Below, piece after piece: positions 50,365 to 60,787 of a DNA stretch of 64,000 nt. The notes under the pieces were generated by a model, which worked only from the letters and a program-made list of their open reading frames with translations, was not told the DNA's origin and did no database searches. Position numbers and translations under genes: made by a program. The stretch comes from Thermodesulfobacteriota bacterium (lineage in GTDB: Bacteria > Desulfobacterota > Desulfarculia > JACQYL01). Position 1 is the first letter of the stretch, and each line of letters starts with the position of its first letter. Location: NCBI GenBank assembly GCA_963675595.2, contig CAXXLZ010000002.1, forward strand, positions 3,424,001 to 3,488,000. The letters are read 5' to 3'.

Positions 50365-51689
50365 TCGACTTCTTCCACCTTGCAAACCAGACCTCCTTTT
50401 CGCAATCGTACATGGACTTGTTCCCCGGATGCGATTTCCGAGGAGTCCCGCAGCACTCGGCCGTCAGGAATCCTGGTGGCGATGCTGTAACCGCGGTCCA
50501 GTACATTTAACGGGTTGACGGCGTTCATTCGTTGAACCGCGGTCTGAAGCCTTTCAGAGGATCGTTCCAGGGAACGCGTCTGCAACCGGATCAGATCGGT
50601 CCGGAGGTGATCCAGGCGTTGGCCGAGCAAGGCAAAACGCTCCCTCGGCCTGAAGGTGAGAAGGCGGTTCTCGAGGGAATCCAGTGTCCGCTTGGCTCCG
50701 TTGTCGGTCATGAGCCAATGAAACTGAAGACGGTCCCTAAAATCGTCCACTTTCAAGAGCCCATCGGCGATTCTTCGTCTGGGATCGGAAAGTCTTGCTT
50801 CCAGATTACCCAGGCGCTCCTTTCCCAAAGCCAGCTTGGAAGTCAGCGCACCGACGCATTGCTTCAGATGAGACTGAACCGTGTTGAGCAAGTCCGCTTT
50901 GGAAGGAAACAGGATTTCGGCGGCCACGGAAGGGGTGGGAGCCCTCCGATCGGCGGCGAAGTCGGAGATCGTAAAATCCACCTCATGACCGACCGCGGAA
51001 ACCACGGGTATTCGGCTGCGGTGGACGGCACGGGCCACCTGCTCTTCATTGAAGGGCCAAAGGTCTTCAATGGAGCCGCCTCCTCGGGTAAGCACGATGA
51101 CGTCCGCATCGATCTCGGCGTTGATGCGATCCAACGCCGCGGCGATTTCTCCCGCGGCTTCCCGGCCTTGGACACGTACGGGGAAAACGAGGATGTGAAC
51201 GGAGCCGAAGCGGCGGTCCATAACGTGGATGAAATCCCGGACGGCCGCGCCGGTGGGCGAGGTTACCACGACCACTCGATCCGGAAGAAATGGAATGGGT
51301 TTCTTTTCCGATTGTTCAAACAGCCCTTCTTTGCCCAGTTTCTCGAGCAGTTGTTCGAAGGCGAGTTGGAGCGCGCCCCTTCCTTTGGGCTCCAAACGTT
51401 CGATAATAACCTGATATTCCCCTCTGGGCTCGTAAACGGTGATCCGACCCAGAGCCAAAACAGCCATGCCGTCTTCCGGGTTAAACCTAAGCAGCTGGTT
51501 CTGGTGTCTGAACATTACGGCTCGAATCTGTGCTTTGGCGTCTTTGAGGACGAAATAGAGGTGTCCGGATGAGGGTGTGCGCAGGTTGGAGATTTCACCC
51601 TCGATCCAAACGAGAGGATACTCCGATTCAAGTAAGCCTTTAATGCGAAGATTGATTTCGGATACGGTATAGATTTTTTGTTCGGACAT
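50361..51689 (-). CDS. xseA: exodeoxyribonuclease VII large subunit
   Basis: GEISN, SGHLYF, RGGGSIEDL, SAVGHEVD, APTPS. Confidence 0.96.
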   Translation of the reverse strand: MSEQKIYTVSEINLRIKGLLESEYPLVWIEGEISNLRTPSSGHLYFVLKDAKAQIRAVMFRHQNQLLRFNPEDGMAVLALGRITVYEPRGEYQVIIERLEPKGRGALQLAFEQLLEKLGKEGLFEQSEKKPIPFLPDRVVVVTSPTGAAVRDFIHVMDRRFGSVHILVFPVRVQGREAAGEIAAALDRINAEIDADVIVLTRGGGSIEDLWPFNEEQVARAVHRSRIPVVSAVGHEVDFTISDFAADRRAPTPSVAAEILFPSKADLLNTVQSHLKQCVGALTSKLALGKERLGNLEARLSDPRRRIADGLLKVDDFRDRLQFHWLMTDNGAKRTLDSLENRLLTFRPRERFALLGQRLDHLRTDLIRLQTRSLERSSERLQTAVQRMNAVNPLNVLDRGYSIATRIPDGRVLRDSSEIASGEQVHVRLRKGGLVCKVEEVE

Positions 51690-52008
51690 GATGGCGCTAT
51701 CCCGGATCAGGGCCGTTTCGGATACCGGCCCGATGAATGTTGGGATGCCGATATGGACGGCATCGTGGTTCAGTCTACATACAACGGGGAGTGCGTCAAC
51801 CGGAATGCAGGAAGAAAGATGGTTATCGCATCTCCGTGTCTTTGGGGAGATGCTACATCAAGCTTGAGCTTTCGGAAGGAATGGTGTAGTCGGCCATATC
51901 GCGGAACCTCCAATGGAGGGCGTTCCGTTTGACGAGGTGGATTCGACTTCCCTTGTATTCCAATTCTTCTTCTCCTATGATGCTGAAAACGGAAAAAAGG
52001 AGCGGCTT

Positions 52009-53658
52009 ATGAACTGTAGGCGTTGGCTGACGCTCGCCCTCGTATTGACTCTTTCCTTCTTCACGGTGCAAGCCTGTGACAAACAAGATGATTCCGAATC
52101 CCACCCCGCGACGGAAACCGCTTCAATGGAACCCGCCTACGGCGGAGCTCTCGTGGAAGGCACGATAGGAGACGCTTCGAACCTGATTCCCATGTTGGCT
52201 TCGGACACATCATCGAGGGACATCATCAACCTTGTCTACAACGGATTGGTGAAATACGACAAAGACATGTCCTTGGTCGGCGACCTTGCGGAAAGCTGGG
52301 AGGTGTCCGAGGACGGCAAGATAATCACCTTCCATCTTCATAAGAAAGTCAATTGGCACGACGGCAGTCCGTTCACGGCCCAAGACGTGCTCTTCACATA
52401 CCAGGTGATGGTGGACGAGAAGACGCCCACGGCATACGGGAACGATTTTCTCCAGGTGGAGAAGGCCGAAGCGGTTGATGATTCTACGTTTCAAGTCACT
52501 TATAGCCGTCCGTTCGCGCCCGCACTGGCGAGCTGGGGCATGGGGATCGTGCCGAAACACCTGCTCGAGGGGCGGGACATCACGCAAAGCCCTCTGGCGC
52601 GGAATCCCGTTGGGACCGGCCCCTACACATTCCATCGTTGGGTTCCCGGCCAGGATATCGTGCTTCGAGCCAATCCGGATTATTTCGAGGGGAAGCCCTA
52701 TATCGCGGAGAACAGAACGCGGGTGATTCCGGACATGGCCACCATGTTTCTGGAGCTGAAGGCCGGAGGCGTGGACCTCATGTCATTGACGCCCCTGCAG
52801 TTCACCCGGCAGACCGAGGACCCGGCTTTCGCTTCCCATTTCAACAAGTACAGTTACTTGTCCAATGCGTACGTCTACTTGGGATATAATCTGCTCAACC
52901 CCAAGTTCAGCGACAAAACGGTGCGACAGGCCATTTCGTACGCGGTCAACAAACAGCAGATTCTGGACGGCGTGCTTCTGGGTCTCGGCGAACCTTCCAC
53001 CGGCCCCTACAAGCCCGGCAGCTGGTCTTACAATCCCAATGTGAAGAAATATCCCCATGACCCCGCCAAGGCTAAAGAGCTTCTGGCGGAAGCCGGTTGG
53101 ACGGACACGGACGAAGACGGAATTCTTGACAAAGACGGCGAACCCTTCGAGTTCACCATCCTTACCAATGAAGGGAATGAGAACCGCAAGAAGGCGGCCA
53201 TCATCATTCAGCAGAATCTCTCGGACGTCGGTATCAAAGTGGGCATCCGAACCGTGGAATGGTCTACTTTCCTGAAAGAGTTCATCGACAAGAAAGACTT
53301 TGAGGCCTTGGTAATGGGATGGACCATTCCGGCGGACCCGGACCTGTTCGATGTGTGGCATTCGACCAAGACCCGTCAGGGAGAGCTGAACTTCATTTCT
53401 TATAAGAACGAGGAAGTGGATAGGTTGATCGAGGAAGGGCGATATACGTTCGATCAGGAAAAGAGAAAGGCCGCCTATTACCGAATTCAGGAAATACTGG
53501 CCGAAGAGCAGCCGTACACTTTCCTCTATGTGCCCCGGGCGTTGGTGGCGGTGAGCAGTCGGGTCCAAGGTATAGAACCGTCCGCCAACGGCATCGCCTA
53601 CAATAGGGTAAAGTGGTACGTGCCGGCGGGGCTGCAGAAGTACTCGGTGGATCAGTAG
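52009..53658 (+). CDS. peptide ABC transporter substrate-binding lipoprotein (family 5)
   Basis: Lipobox-like VQAC, LAESWEV, WHDG.PFTA.DV, GTGPY. Confidence 0.92.
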   Translation: MNCRRWLTLALVLTLSFFTVQACDKQDDSESHPATETASMEPAYGGALVEGTIGDASNLIPMLASDTSSRDIINLVYNGLVKYDKDMSLVGDLAESWEVSEDGKIITFHLHKKVNWHDGSPFTAQDVLFTYQVMVDEKTPTAYGNDFLQVEKAEAVDDSTFQVTYSRPFAPALASWGMGIVPKHLLEGRDITQSPLARNPVGTGPYTFHRWVPGQDIVLRANPDYFEGKPYIAENRTRVIPDMATMFLELKAGGVDLMSLTPLQFTRQTEDPAFASHFNKYSYLSNAYVYLGYNLLNPKFSDKTVRQAISYAVNKQQILDGVLLGLGEPSTGPYKPGSWSYNPNVKKYPHDPAKAKELLAEAGWTDTDEDGILDKDGEPFEFTILTNEGNENRKKAAIIIQQNLSDVGIKVGIRTVEWSTFLKEFIDKKDFEALVMGWTIPADPDLFDVWHSTKTRQGELNFISYKNEEVDRLIEEGRYTFDQEKRKAAYYRIQEILAEEQPYTFLYVPRALVAVSSRVQGIEPSANGIAYNRVKWYVPAGLQKYSVDQ

Positions 53659-53869
53659 TCCTTCTCGAGAGAGGATTTCAATGATGGGCCGCCCGCTCTG
53701 GATTGTGGTCCGTCGCATAACCTACGGCGGCTTTTCGCCTGCGACGCGTTATAGGGTGCGATGCCGCCCGGTTCCGAATCCGGGTTCTCTCACGCTCGAT
53801 GTGTGGGCGGTGAAAGCCCTTCTGAGGGTATTTCAGATTTAAATCGGCAAGGAGTCGTTTTTCAGGAAG

Positions 53870-54844
53870 ATGTGGTTTTATGTTTTCAGGCGCTTGGTCG
53901 GGATGATCCCGTTATTGATCGGGATCACGATGATTTCCTTTGCCGTGATTCACCTGGCGCCCGGCTCGCCCGTCGACATGCAGACCGATCTCAACCCCAA
54001 AGCCTCTCCGGAAGCCCGGCTCCGACTTGAGAGGCTCTACGGTCTGGACAAGCCTTTGCACGTGCAATACATGCAATGGATCGGCAGACTTGTCCGACTG
54101 GATTTCGGCAGATCATTCTCCGCGGACAATCGTCCCGTCCTGGACAAAATTACCGAGAGACTTCCCATCACCATTCTAATCAACGCGCTGAGCCTTGCCT
54201 TGATTCTGTCCGTGGCGATCCCCATCGGCGTCTATGCGGCCTTAAGGCCGGATGGTATGTTCGACAAGAGCACAACCGTGTTCGTATTCGTGGGCTTTGC
54301 CATGCCCACGTTTTGGCTGGCGCTGTTATGCATGATCCTTTTCGGGGTTCATCTGGGCTGGCTCCCCATCAGCGGTCTTTCCTCTCCCAATGCGGAATCC
54401 CTGAGCACCTGGCCGTGGCTTGTGGACCGAGCGCGCCATTTGGTAATGCCCGTTCTGATCAGCGGGTTCACGGGACTTGCCGGTTTTTCGCGCTACATGC
54501 GTTCCAACATGCTTGAGGTCTTTCAACAGGACTACATCACCACGGCTCGCGCCAAAGGGCTTAGTGAAAGCAAAGTCATCTTCAAGCATGCTCTTAGAAA
54601 CGCGCTCATGCCCGTAATCACCATCCTGGGGCTCTCCCTGCCGACGTTGATCGGGGGAAGCGTGATCTTTGAATCCATTTTCGCCATTCCCGGCATGGGT
54701 CAGTTGTTTTATCAGAGCGTCATGGCCAGAGACTATCCCACCATCATGGGAGCCTTGGTCATCGGGGCGAGCCTGACGCTTCTGGGCAACATGTTGGCGG
54801 ACATCTCCTATGCGCTGATCGATCCGAGGATCAGGAAGTCATGA
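53870..54844 (+). CDS. peptide ABC transporter permease (OppB/DppB-like)
   Basis: DFGRS, TARAKGL (EAA loop), HALRNA, RDYP, DPR. Confidence 0.93.
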   Translation: MWFYVFRRLVGMIPLLIGITMISFAVIHLAPGSPVDMQTDLNPKASPEARLRLERLYGLDKPLHVQYMQWIGRLVRLDFGRSFSADNRPVLDKITERLPITILINALSLALILSVAIPIGVYAALRPDGMFDKSTTVFVFVGFAMPTFWLALLCMILFGVHLGWLPISGLSSPNAESLSTWPWLVDRARHLVMPVLISGFTGLAGFSRYMRSNMLEVFQQDYITTARAKGLSESKVIFKHALRNALMPVITILGLSLPTLIGGSVIFESIFAIPGMGQLFYQSVMARDYPTIMGALVIGASLTLLGNMLADISYALIDPRIRKS

Positions 54845-55692
54845 AAATACGAGAGGGTTTGGGCGGCGAATTCCTGCGGAGATTTCAGAAGAACAAGTTG
54901 GCGGTCTCCGGAGGTCTGCTGGTGCTCGTGCTTTTCTTGGTGTCCTTCGCGGCCCCTCTCCTGGCCCCCTACGACCCCCATCGCATCGACGTCTCCCAAG
55001 TCCTGGCCGAGCCGACGAGGGATCATCCTTTCGGAACGGACCAATTGGGGAGGGACGTTTTGAGCAGGATGATCTTCGGTGCGAGAATTTCTCTCAAGGT
55101 CGGATTCGTCGCTGTGGGAATCGCCGTAACCATCGGGGTGCTTCTCGGTTCTCTGGCGGGCTACTACCGTGGATGGACGGATAGCGTCATCATGCGATTT
55201 GTGGATATCATGCTCTGCTTTCCTTCATTTTTTCTGATCCTGGCCGTGATCACGTTTCTCGAACCAAGCATTTATAACATCATGGCGGTCATCGGACTCA
55301 CCGGGTGGATGGGTGTGGCAAGGCTCGTGCGCGCGGAGTTTCTGAGCCTGAGAGAACGCGAGTTCGTCTTGGCCGCCCGTGCGGCGGGAGCGGGCGATCT
55401 TCGCATCATCTTCCTTCATATTTTGCGTAATGCCTGGCCGCCCGTATTGGTGAGCGCCACCTTAGGGGTGGCGGGCGCCATCCTCACGGAAAGCGCTCTG
55501 AGTTTCCTGGGTATCGGGGTACAGCCCCCCACTCCCAGTTGGGGGAACATTTTGACCGAAGGGAAAGACAATCTGCAGATCGCATGGTGGCTTTCCGTCT
55601 ATCCCGGGTTGGCCATTCTGCTGAGCGTCCTGGGTTTCAACCTTCTCGGCGAAGGAATTCAGTCCGCTCTGAACCCCAAACTGCGGAAATGA
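54841..55692 (+). CDS. peptide ABC transporter permease (OppC/DppC-like)
   Basis: [27 protein letters not shown]. Confidence 0.93.
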   Translation: MKIREGLGGEFLRRFQKNKLAVSGGLLVLVLFLVSFAAPLLAPYDPHRIDVSQVLAEPTRDHPFGTDQLGRDVLSRMIFGARISLKVGFVAVGIAVTIGVLLGSLAGYYRGWTDSVIMRFVDIMLCFPSFFLILAVITFLEPSIYNIMAVIGLTGWMGVARLVRAEFLSLREREFVLAARAAGAGDLRIIFLHILRNAWPPVLVSATLGVAGAILTESALSFLGIGVQPPTPSWGNILTEGKDNLQIAWWLSVYPGLAILLSVLGFNLLGEGIQSALNPKLRK

Positions 55693-55844
55693 AGTGTTCC
55701 CGGTCGCGGGCCTTCGGAAGCGTGCACAGCACGCCGTCGGGGGTTCGAGGCTAGAAGGGGCGAAGGCAAGCGGGGAAGGCCGAGCAGGCCGGCCTTTCAT
55801 CTCGCGAATCAATGGTAGTGTGGTCATCGCAAGCGAGGCGCGCC

Positions 55845-57011
55845 ATGAAACTTGGTTTGGAAGTCCTCCTGGAAGAGCATCCCGCTTATCTCAGCAAAGC
55901 CCGTTTCGGCTTGCTCTCCAACCAAGCATCCGTGGATTCGCGGTTGCGGTCGGCCCATGTGCTGTTGCATGAGCAATATCCCGACACGCTTCAATGCCTG
56001 TTTTCCCCCCAGCATGGATTTCGAGGGGAAAAACAGGATAACATGATCGAATCTCCCACCTACCATGATCTTCGTACAGGTTTGAAGGTCCACTCTCTTT
56101 ACGGAGAAGAGCGTTCTCCTTCACGTTCGATGCTCAATGAAATCGATTTCGTGGTCATCGACCTTCAAGATGTCGGAACGCGGGTGTACACCTTCATCTA
56201 CACCATGGCCCTCTGTCTGGAGGCCTGCAAGGCCTTGGGGAAGCGGGTCGTGGTCCTTGATCGCCCCAATCCCATCGGCGGGCGGTGGGTACAGGGGAAC
56301 GTCCTGGAGGCGGACTGGACCTCCTTTGTCGGTATGTTTCCCATCCCCATGAGGCACGGGATGACCATCGGGGAGCTTGCCTTGTTGTTCAATTCGCGGT
56401 TCGGTATCGGAGCGGATCTGACCGTGGTGCCTCTCCGAGGGTGGCTTCGGCACTGGAATCATCCCCAGACGGGGCGCGTATTCGTGCCGCCCTCACCCAA
56501 CATGCCGTGCTATGAAACCGCCTTGGTATACCCGGGTCAGGTGATTTGGGAAGGCACCAACATATCGGAAGGGCGAGGCACCACTCGGCCCTTCGAGGTC
56601 TTCGGGGCTCCTTTCCTGCGCACCGTGGAATTGGAGAAACAATTCCGCGGAAGGGAGATTCCGGGGGTGTTTTTGAGGGAAATCTCCTTTGAGCCCACGT
56701 TCCACAAGTGGGCCGGGCGTCTCTGCCACGGGTTCCATCTGCATATCACGGAGCCGGAAGCGGCGGACCCGTTTTTCGTTTCTCTGTGCCTGCTCCAGGA
56801 TGTTATCGAACTGCATCCCGAAGACTTCCAGTGGAAATCCCCTCCTTATGAGTACGAAACAGAGCGCATGCCCATCCACCTTATCCTGGGAAGCCGTTCG
56901 CTGAGAGAGAAAGCGGAATCCGGCGGAGACCTGGAAGAAGAAAAGCGTCGGTGGGAAGAAGCTGCCGAACGGTTCAACGCGGACCGTCGTGTCGCTCTTC
57001 TTTATCCGTAA
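55845..57011 (+). CDS. namZ: exo-beta-N-acetylmuramidase NamZ (DUF1343)
   Basis: SPQHG, SLYG, DLQDVGTR.YT, DRPNP, RHGMTIGE, SPNMP, SEGRGT. Confidence 0.88.
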   Translation: MKLGLEVLLEEHPAYLSKARFGLLSNQASVDSRLRSAHVLLHEQYPDTLQCLFSPQHGFRGEKQDNMIESPTYHDLRTGLKVHSLYGEERSPSRSMLNEIDFVVIDLQDVGTRVYTFIYTMALCLEACKALGKRVVVLDRPNPIGGRWVQGNVLEADWTSFVGMFPIPMRHGMTIGELALLFNSRFGIGADLTVVPLRGWLRHWNHPQTGRVFVPPSPNMPCYETALVYPGQVIWEGTNISEGRGTTRPFEVFGAPFLRTVELEKQFRGREIPGVFLREISFEPTFHKWAGRLCHGFHLHITEPEAADPFFVSLCLLQDVIELHPEDFQWKSPPYEYETERMPIHLILGSRSLREKAESGGDLEEEKRRWEEAAERFNADRRVALLYP

Positions 57012-57642
57012 GAATCTACGTCCACGCAGAACAGTCTCATACCGTTGTTCGTATCGCAGCCTTTTGCTTGTGCTTCCCCGCAGAAAGCATGCCCTCGGAA
57101 AACGCGGGAGGGTGCGTGTGCACGTTCCCGGTGGGCGTGAGTCTCGAATACTCCCTGAGCCGTCAAGTCGATCAAGCCTCTGCAAAGGTCCAAGGTCCGC
57201 ACCGGGATCCCATCTTCGGCGACAGGACGAGTTTTCCGGCTGTCGGACAAGAGGACCATGTCTTTTCCATGTCGTTCGTTCCGATGGGATGCGGCGGAGC
57301 CGTTAAAGGGCGTGCCGCACCCGCTTTCCCTCGTGTTTGCCGAAAAACAAGCGTCTTCTCGTTCTTAAAGCCTGATGCAGGATACTTTATATGGTGGTTT
57401 ATTTGTCATTGCCTACAATATAAAGGGTACTATGGTTTGTTGAATGAGAATGGAAGAGCCTACTTGGTTGACTCGGCCAAGAGTCACGGCATGAGTATGC
57501 TTCGGTGTTGGGTAGTTTAGATGTTACGATCCATGTTGTGGCGATGGACAAGGGTAATCTTAGGTGGATGAAAAGAACTCAAGTCAAGAATGTGTTGATC
57601 CGATGTTAGCATTGACTATGGGATATATCGTTATTTTCTTTC

Positions 57643-57670
57643 TTGACACGGGGTCCAATGGATTTATAAT
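57643..57670 (+). promoter_or_regulatory. consensus sigma70 promoter for the MucR-family gene
   Basis: TTGACA-16 nt-TATAAT, followed by an AGGAGGTG RBS. Confidence 0.8.
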
Positions 57671-57702
57671 AGGATGCAACTAATCAAAATAGGAGGTGAG
57701 GG

Positions 57703-58146
57703 ATGACGAAATCGTTGACGGAAATGGCCGTTGAAATAGTACAGGCTCAGGCGGGTCAGGGCAAGATGAGTCCCGAGGAAATCGAGTCCGCCCTTCAGAA
57801 GACCTACGCAACACTTAGGGACATCCAGGGAGTGGAGGAAGGCAACAAGGCGGTGGAAGAGTCCGAAGAATCGACGGAACTGGAATTGTTGAGAAAGGAT
57901 CCCCTGAAGTCTATTCAGCGTAACCGCATTATCAGCCTGGAAAACGGGCAGGAATTCAAGGTAATCACCAATCGGCACCTGCAGCAATTCGGCCTCACCA
58001 CCAAAGAGTACAAGAAGAAGTGGGGAATCCCCACGAACCAGCCGTTGGCGGCCAAATCCCTCACGGCCAAAAGGAAGAAATGGGCTAAAGAGCGAGGTCT
58101 GGGAGAGATGCTCAAGCAGGCCCGTGCGAGCAAAGCTAGAGCGTAA
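57703..58146 (+). CDS. mucR: Ros/MucR-family transcriptional regulator
   Basis: LTEMAVEIVQA oligomerisation region; SI....IISLENG..FK....HL...GLT..EY..KWG.P, A...GLG. Confidence 0.87.
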   Translation: MTKSLTEMAVEIVQAQAGQGKMSPEEIESALQKTYATLRDIQGVEEGNKAVEESEESTELELLRKDPLKSIQRNRIISLENGQEFKVITNRHLQQFGLTTKEYKKKWGIPTNQPLAAKSLTAKRKKWAKERGLGEMLKQARASKARA

Positions 58147-58472
58147 GCGGGTCCGGTGGGCTTGGATTTCGTTTTCGGCCGTTGGAAAAGCGACGGAGAT
58201 GAGGAACTCATCCGGGAGTCTGCAAGGCCGGCTCCGTTTGGGATGGTCGCGTTCCGGGAGGGTGCCGCCTAAGCTCGAAAACGGCCGATCAAGGCAACGA
58301 CCTTGCTCGTGCTATCCCCGGACTATCTCGATAAAAAGACGGGAAGAGAAGATCAGGAAATAAGTCTTGTCTCGAAGGAGTGTTCCGCTAGTGCGAGCCT
58401 GAGGGCGGTTCGGGGGCAATTGTCCGGATTGCCTCCGTGTTCTTGATTCCTTCACTATGTAGGTTCTCCGCC

Positions 58473-59318
58473 TTACCCGGTGAGACTCCGGCCCTTCACC
58501 AGCATTGTCTTTTTGAATAACCGCACTTCCTTTACCGTTCGGACACCTAGAAGCTCGTTGAGCCGAACCAGAATGGTGTGCGACAGGATTTCGCGGTTGT
58601 ATGTTTGGCTTTCCAGCAAAGGCGGTGTCTTAAGGATGATGAAGATTGTTCCTCGGACCGACCCGAGGTGATCTTCAATCAGATATTCGTCGCCGGGCCG
58701 AATAACCAGCGTAGCGGTCACTCTCCAGAACCCGTTCATCCCCTCCTCGGTAATGGGCACGAGAAATGGTTCCAGGTGGACATAGGGTGTTTCCGTGTTA
58801 CGGGTCCCCTTGGTCACCACATTGCGCGGAGGGCTCTGGGGCAGCTCCTGTTCCTCCGGCGGAATCAGTATATACATGACCACAATGATCAAGCACAGAG
58901 CCAGAACGCCGCCTGTAAGCCAAAGGTGATCGGAGATCAACGACAGAAGTGAGCGTTTGGGGGAGGCATCTGGAGGCGGCTCTTCTTGCTCGTCTTCTTC
59001 ACGAGGTCTGGTGGGGAGGGCGGAAGGGGTTTCTTCAGGTATCTCGGCTTTCCCGATCTCCAGCAGGTCCAGTTCGGCCAGTTTCTCTTCGGGCCGGGCC
59101 GTGGCGTCGATCTCGCCTTCAAGAGCGGACCAGTCGAAGCTGTCGTCGAAAAGAATTCTTTCGGTGATTCCTTCACCTTTTTTGAAAATTCTCTCCGACT
59201 TGATCGCGGTCTTCTTGGCCGCTTTCTTTAGTTTGTCTTGGGACCAGAGCATCTCATCGTCTTCTTCGATGAGATCCTCGAGATCCAAATCCTCGGGTGA
59301 AATTTTGTCTTCCGGCAT
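58473..59318 (-). CDS. single-pass membrane protein with acidic N-terminus and FliL-like C-terminal domain
   Basis: Asp/Glu-rich N-terminus, one TM, YVHLEPFLVP...VRGTIF...RLNELLG...VKEV. Confidence 0.6.
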   Translation of the reverse strand: MPEDKISPEDLDLEDLIEEDDEMLWSQDKLKKAAKKTAIKSERIFKKGEGITERILFDDSFDWSALEGEIDATARPEEKLAELDLLEIGKAEIPEETPSALPTRPREEDEQEEPPPDASPKRSLLSLISDHLWLTGGVLALCLIIVVMYILIPPEEQELPQSPPRNVVTKGTRNTETPYVHLEPFLVPITEEGMNGFWRVTATLVIRPGDEYLIEDHLGSVRGTIFIILKTPPLLESQTYNREILSHTILVRLNELLGVRTVKEVRLFKKTMLVKGRSLTG

Positions 59319-59615
59319 AGCCTCAGCTCCAAGGCAAGTTGCATGGACACGTTACGAACCCGGCCGTGGAACGGCTCATGGGTCGGAAGGAAGAGGGAAA
59401 AGAGGACGATCTCAGCCCTATCGTGTTCACTGAGAGAAACATCGGCACGAATCCGGAAAAACTCAACTTGAGCCTGTGGGGTCGGTATCGTCCTGTAGAC
59501 TATCTCTTCATTCCATTCGTCTTCAAGCGTATAAGAAAAATGGGAACCCTGTAGAACGGCAATCTTGGAGCTGCAAAGTCAAAGCGCCGGGAAGCCGAGC
59601 TCCTTTGTGTGAATA

Positions 59616-60245
59616 ATGAGTCCGCCTCCGGATACTTTTGACGTGGAATATCCAACGGAATCGGTAGACCTTGCTGAATTCGTTCGCAGGGCGGTCGGCG
59701 GCGAGCGTGACGCTTTTGATGAGCTTGTGAGGAATTTTCACGAGAGGCTCTACCGGTTCGTCTATTTCAGAGCGGGTTCGGAATCGGACGCTTGGGATCT
59801 GACCCGGGACATATGGATGCGGGCGTTCGAGAAATTGCACGGATTGAGGGATCCGGCGTTGTTTAAACCCTGGCTTTTCCGTATGGCGGCAAATCGAGTG
59901 AAAGACTTTCTGCGCAGAAAACGTATTCGAAAGTTGGTCGGATTCGGGGATTTGGGGAACGAAACGGACCGACCCGAGGAGCGAATCCGAGACTTGGCGC
60001 CCGACGGCTTTGACAGACTGGTGCGCAAGGAATTCAGACAAACGACGGAGGTTATGTTTGCTTTCTTCTCCAAGAAGGAAAAAGAGGTCTTTCGAATGAG
60101 GCACTTCGATCAGCTCTCCATTCGTGAAATCTCCGAGATTCTTCGTTCAAGTGAGTCCAGCGTGAAGACACACTTGTACCGGGCGTTGGATAAGGCCAGG
60201 AAATCCGGCTTGCTGGAAGAATTCAGGGAAGGAGGGATTCCTTGA
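59616..60245 (+). CDS. ECF RNA polymerase sigma factor
   Basis: AFDELV, FKPWLFRMAAN, SIREISEIL, VKTHLYRA. Confidence 0.9.
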   Translation: MSPPPDTFDVEYPTESVDLAEFVRRAVGGERDAFDELVRNFHERLYRFVYFRAGSESDAWDLTRDIWMRAFEKLHGLRDPALFKPWLFRMAANRVKDFLRRKRIRKLVGFGDLGNETDRPEERIRDLAPDGFDRLVRKEFRQTTEVMFAFFSKKEKEVFRMRHFDQLSIREISEILRSSESSVKTHLYRALDKARKSGLLEEFREGGIP

Positions 60246-60787
60246 TGAGTCTGCTGAACAGCCGACATCTCAGTGAGGATGCGGTCATAAGGGGAGTGGT
60301 GGATTCGCGGGATTTGAGCGCCGCCGAACTCGAGCACCTGCGTGATTGTCCTGTTTGCCGGAGTCGGCTGGATGAGTTGTCCTGCTCCCTGGAGGGGCTT
60401 GGTCGGGCGGCCCAGGCTGCCGTTCCCCCAGCTCCGCCTTTGCCGACCATCGGAGGATCGTCCCCCCAGAGGGTGGAGGCGGGCCGCCCATGGATGGTTT
60501 GGTGTTCTTTCAAGCCTGTGGCCGCCGCCGCAGCCCTGCTGGTTGTGGTCTTGTGGATCGGGGTTTTCAGGGATCGGACTCCGCCGGGGAAGACCTTGTG
60601 GAAAATGACCGAGAACAGCGAATTGTTCGGCTTGGATGAAAGGGAAGCAGAGGATTTGCTGCCTGAAAAACTCGTCCAACTCACCGAGGTCGAGCCGCTG
60701 GTCGCAAGCGATGAATTCCTGGAATTTATCGTACCCTCGTTTGAAGAAGCGGACCTTCAACCGGAAACTGAGGAGGGAGTTTCATGA
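60245..60787 (+). CDS. zinc-binding anti-sigma factor (zf-HC2) with TM helix
   Basis: HLRDCPVC (HxxxCxxC), one TM, start coupled to the sigma stop. Confidence 0.8.
   Translation: MSLLNSRHLSEDAVIRGVVDSRDLSAAELEHLRDCPVCRSRLDELSCSLEGLGRAAQAAVPPAPPLPTIGGSSPQRVEAGRPWMVWCSFKPVAAAAALLVVVLWIGVFRDRTPPGKTLWKMTENSELFGLDEREAEDLLPEKLVQLTEVEPLVASDEFLEFIVPSFEEADLQPETEEGVS

Noticed and set aside
57270-57345. Cyclic di-GMP (GEMM) riboswitch-like GGCAAA..GAAA on the minus strand
   Set aside because: No proper second stem or GCAAA junction, and no downstream gene in that orientation
58170-58290. TCGGCCGTT...AACGGCCGA inverted repeat between convergent genes, as a MITE
   Set aside because: Only 9 bp, no target duplication and no second copy in the window
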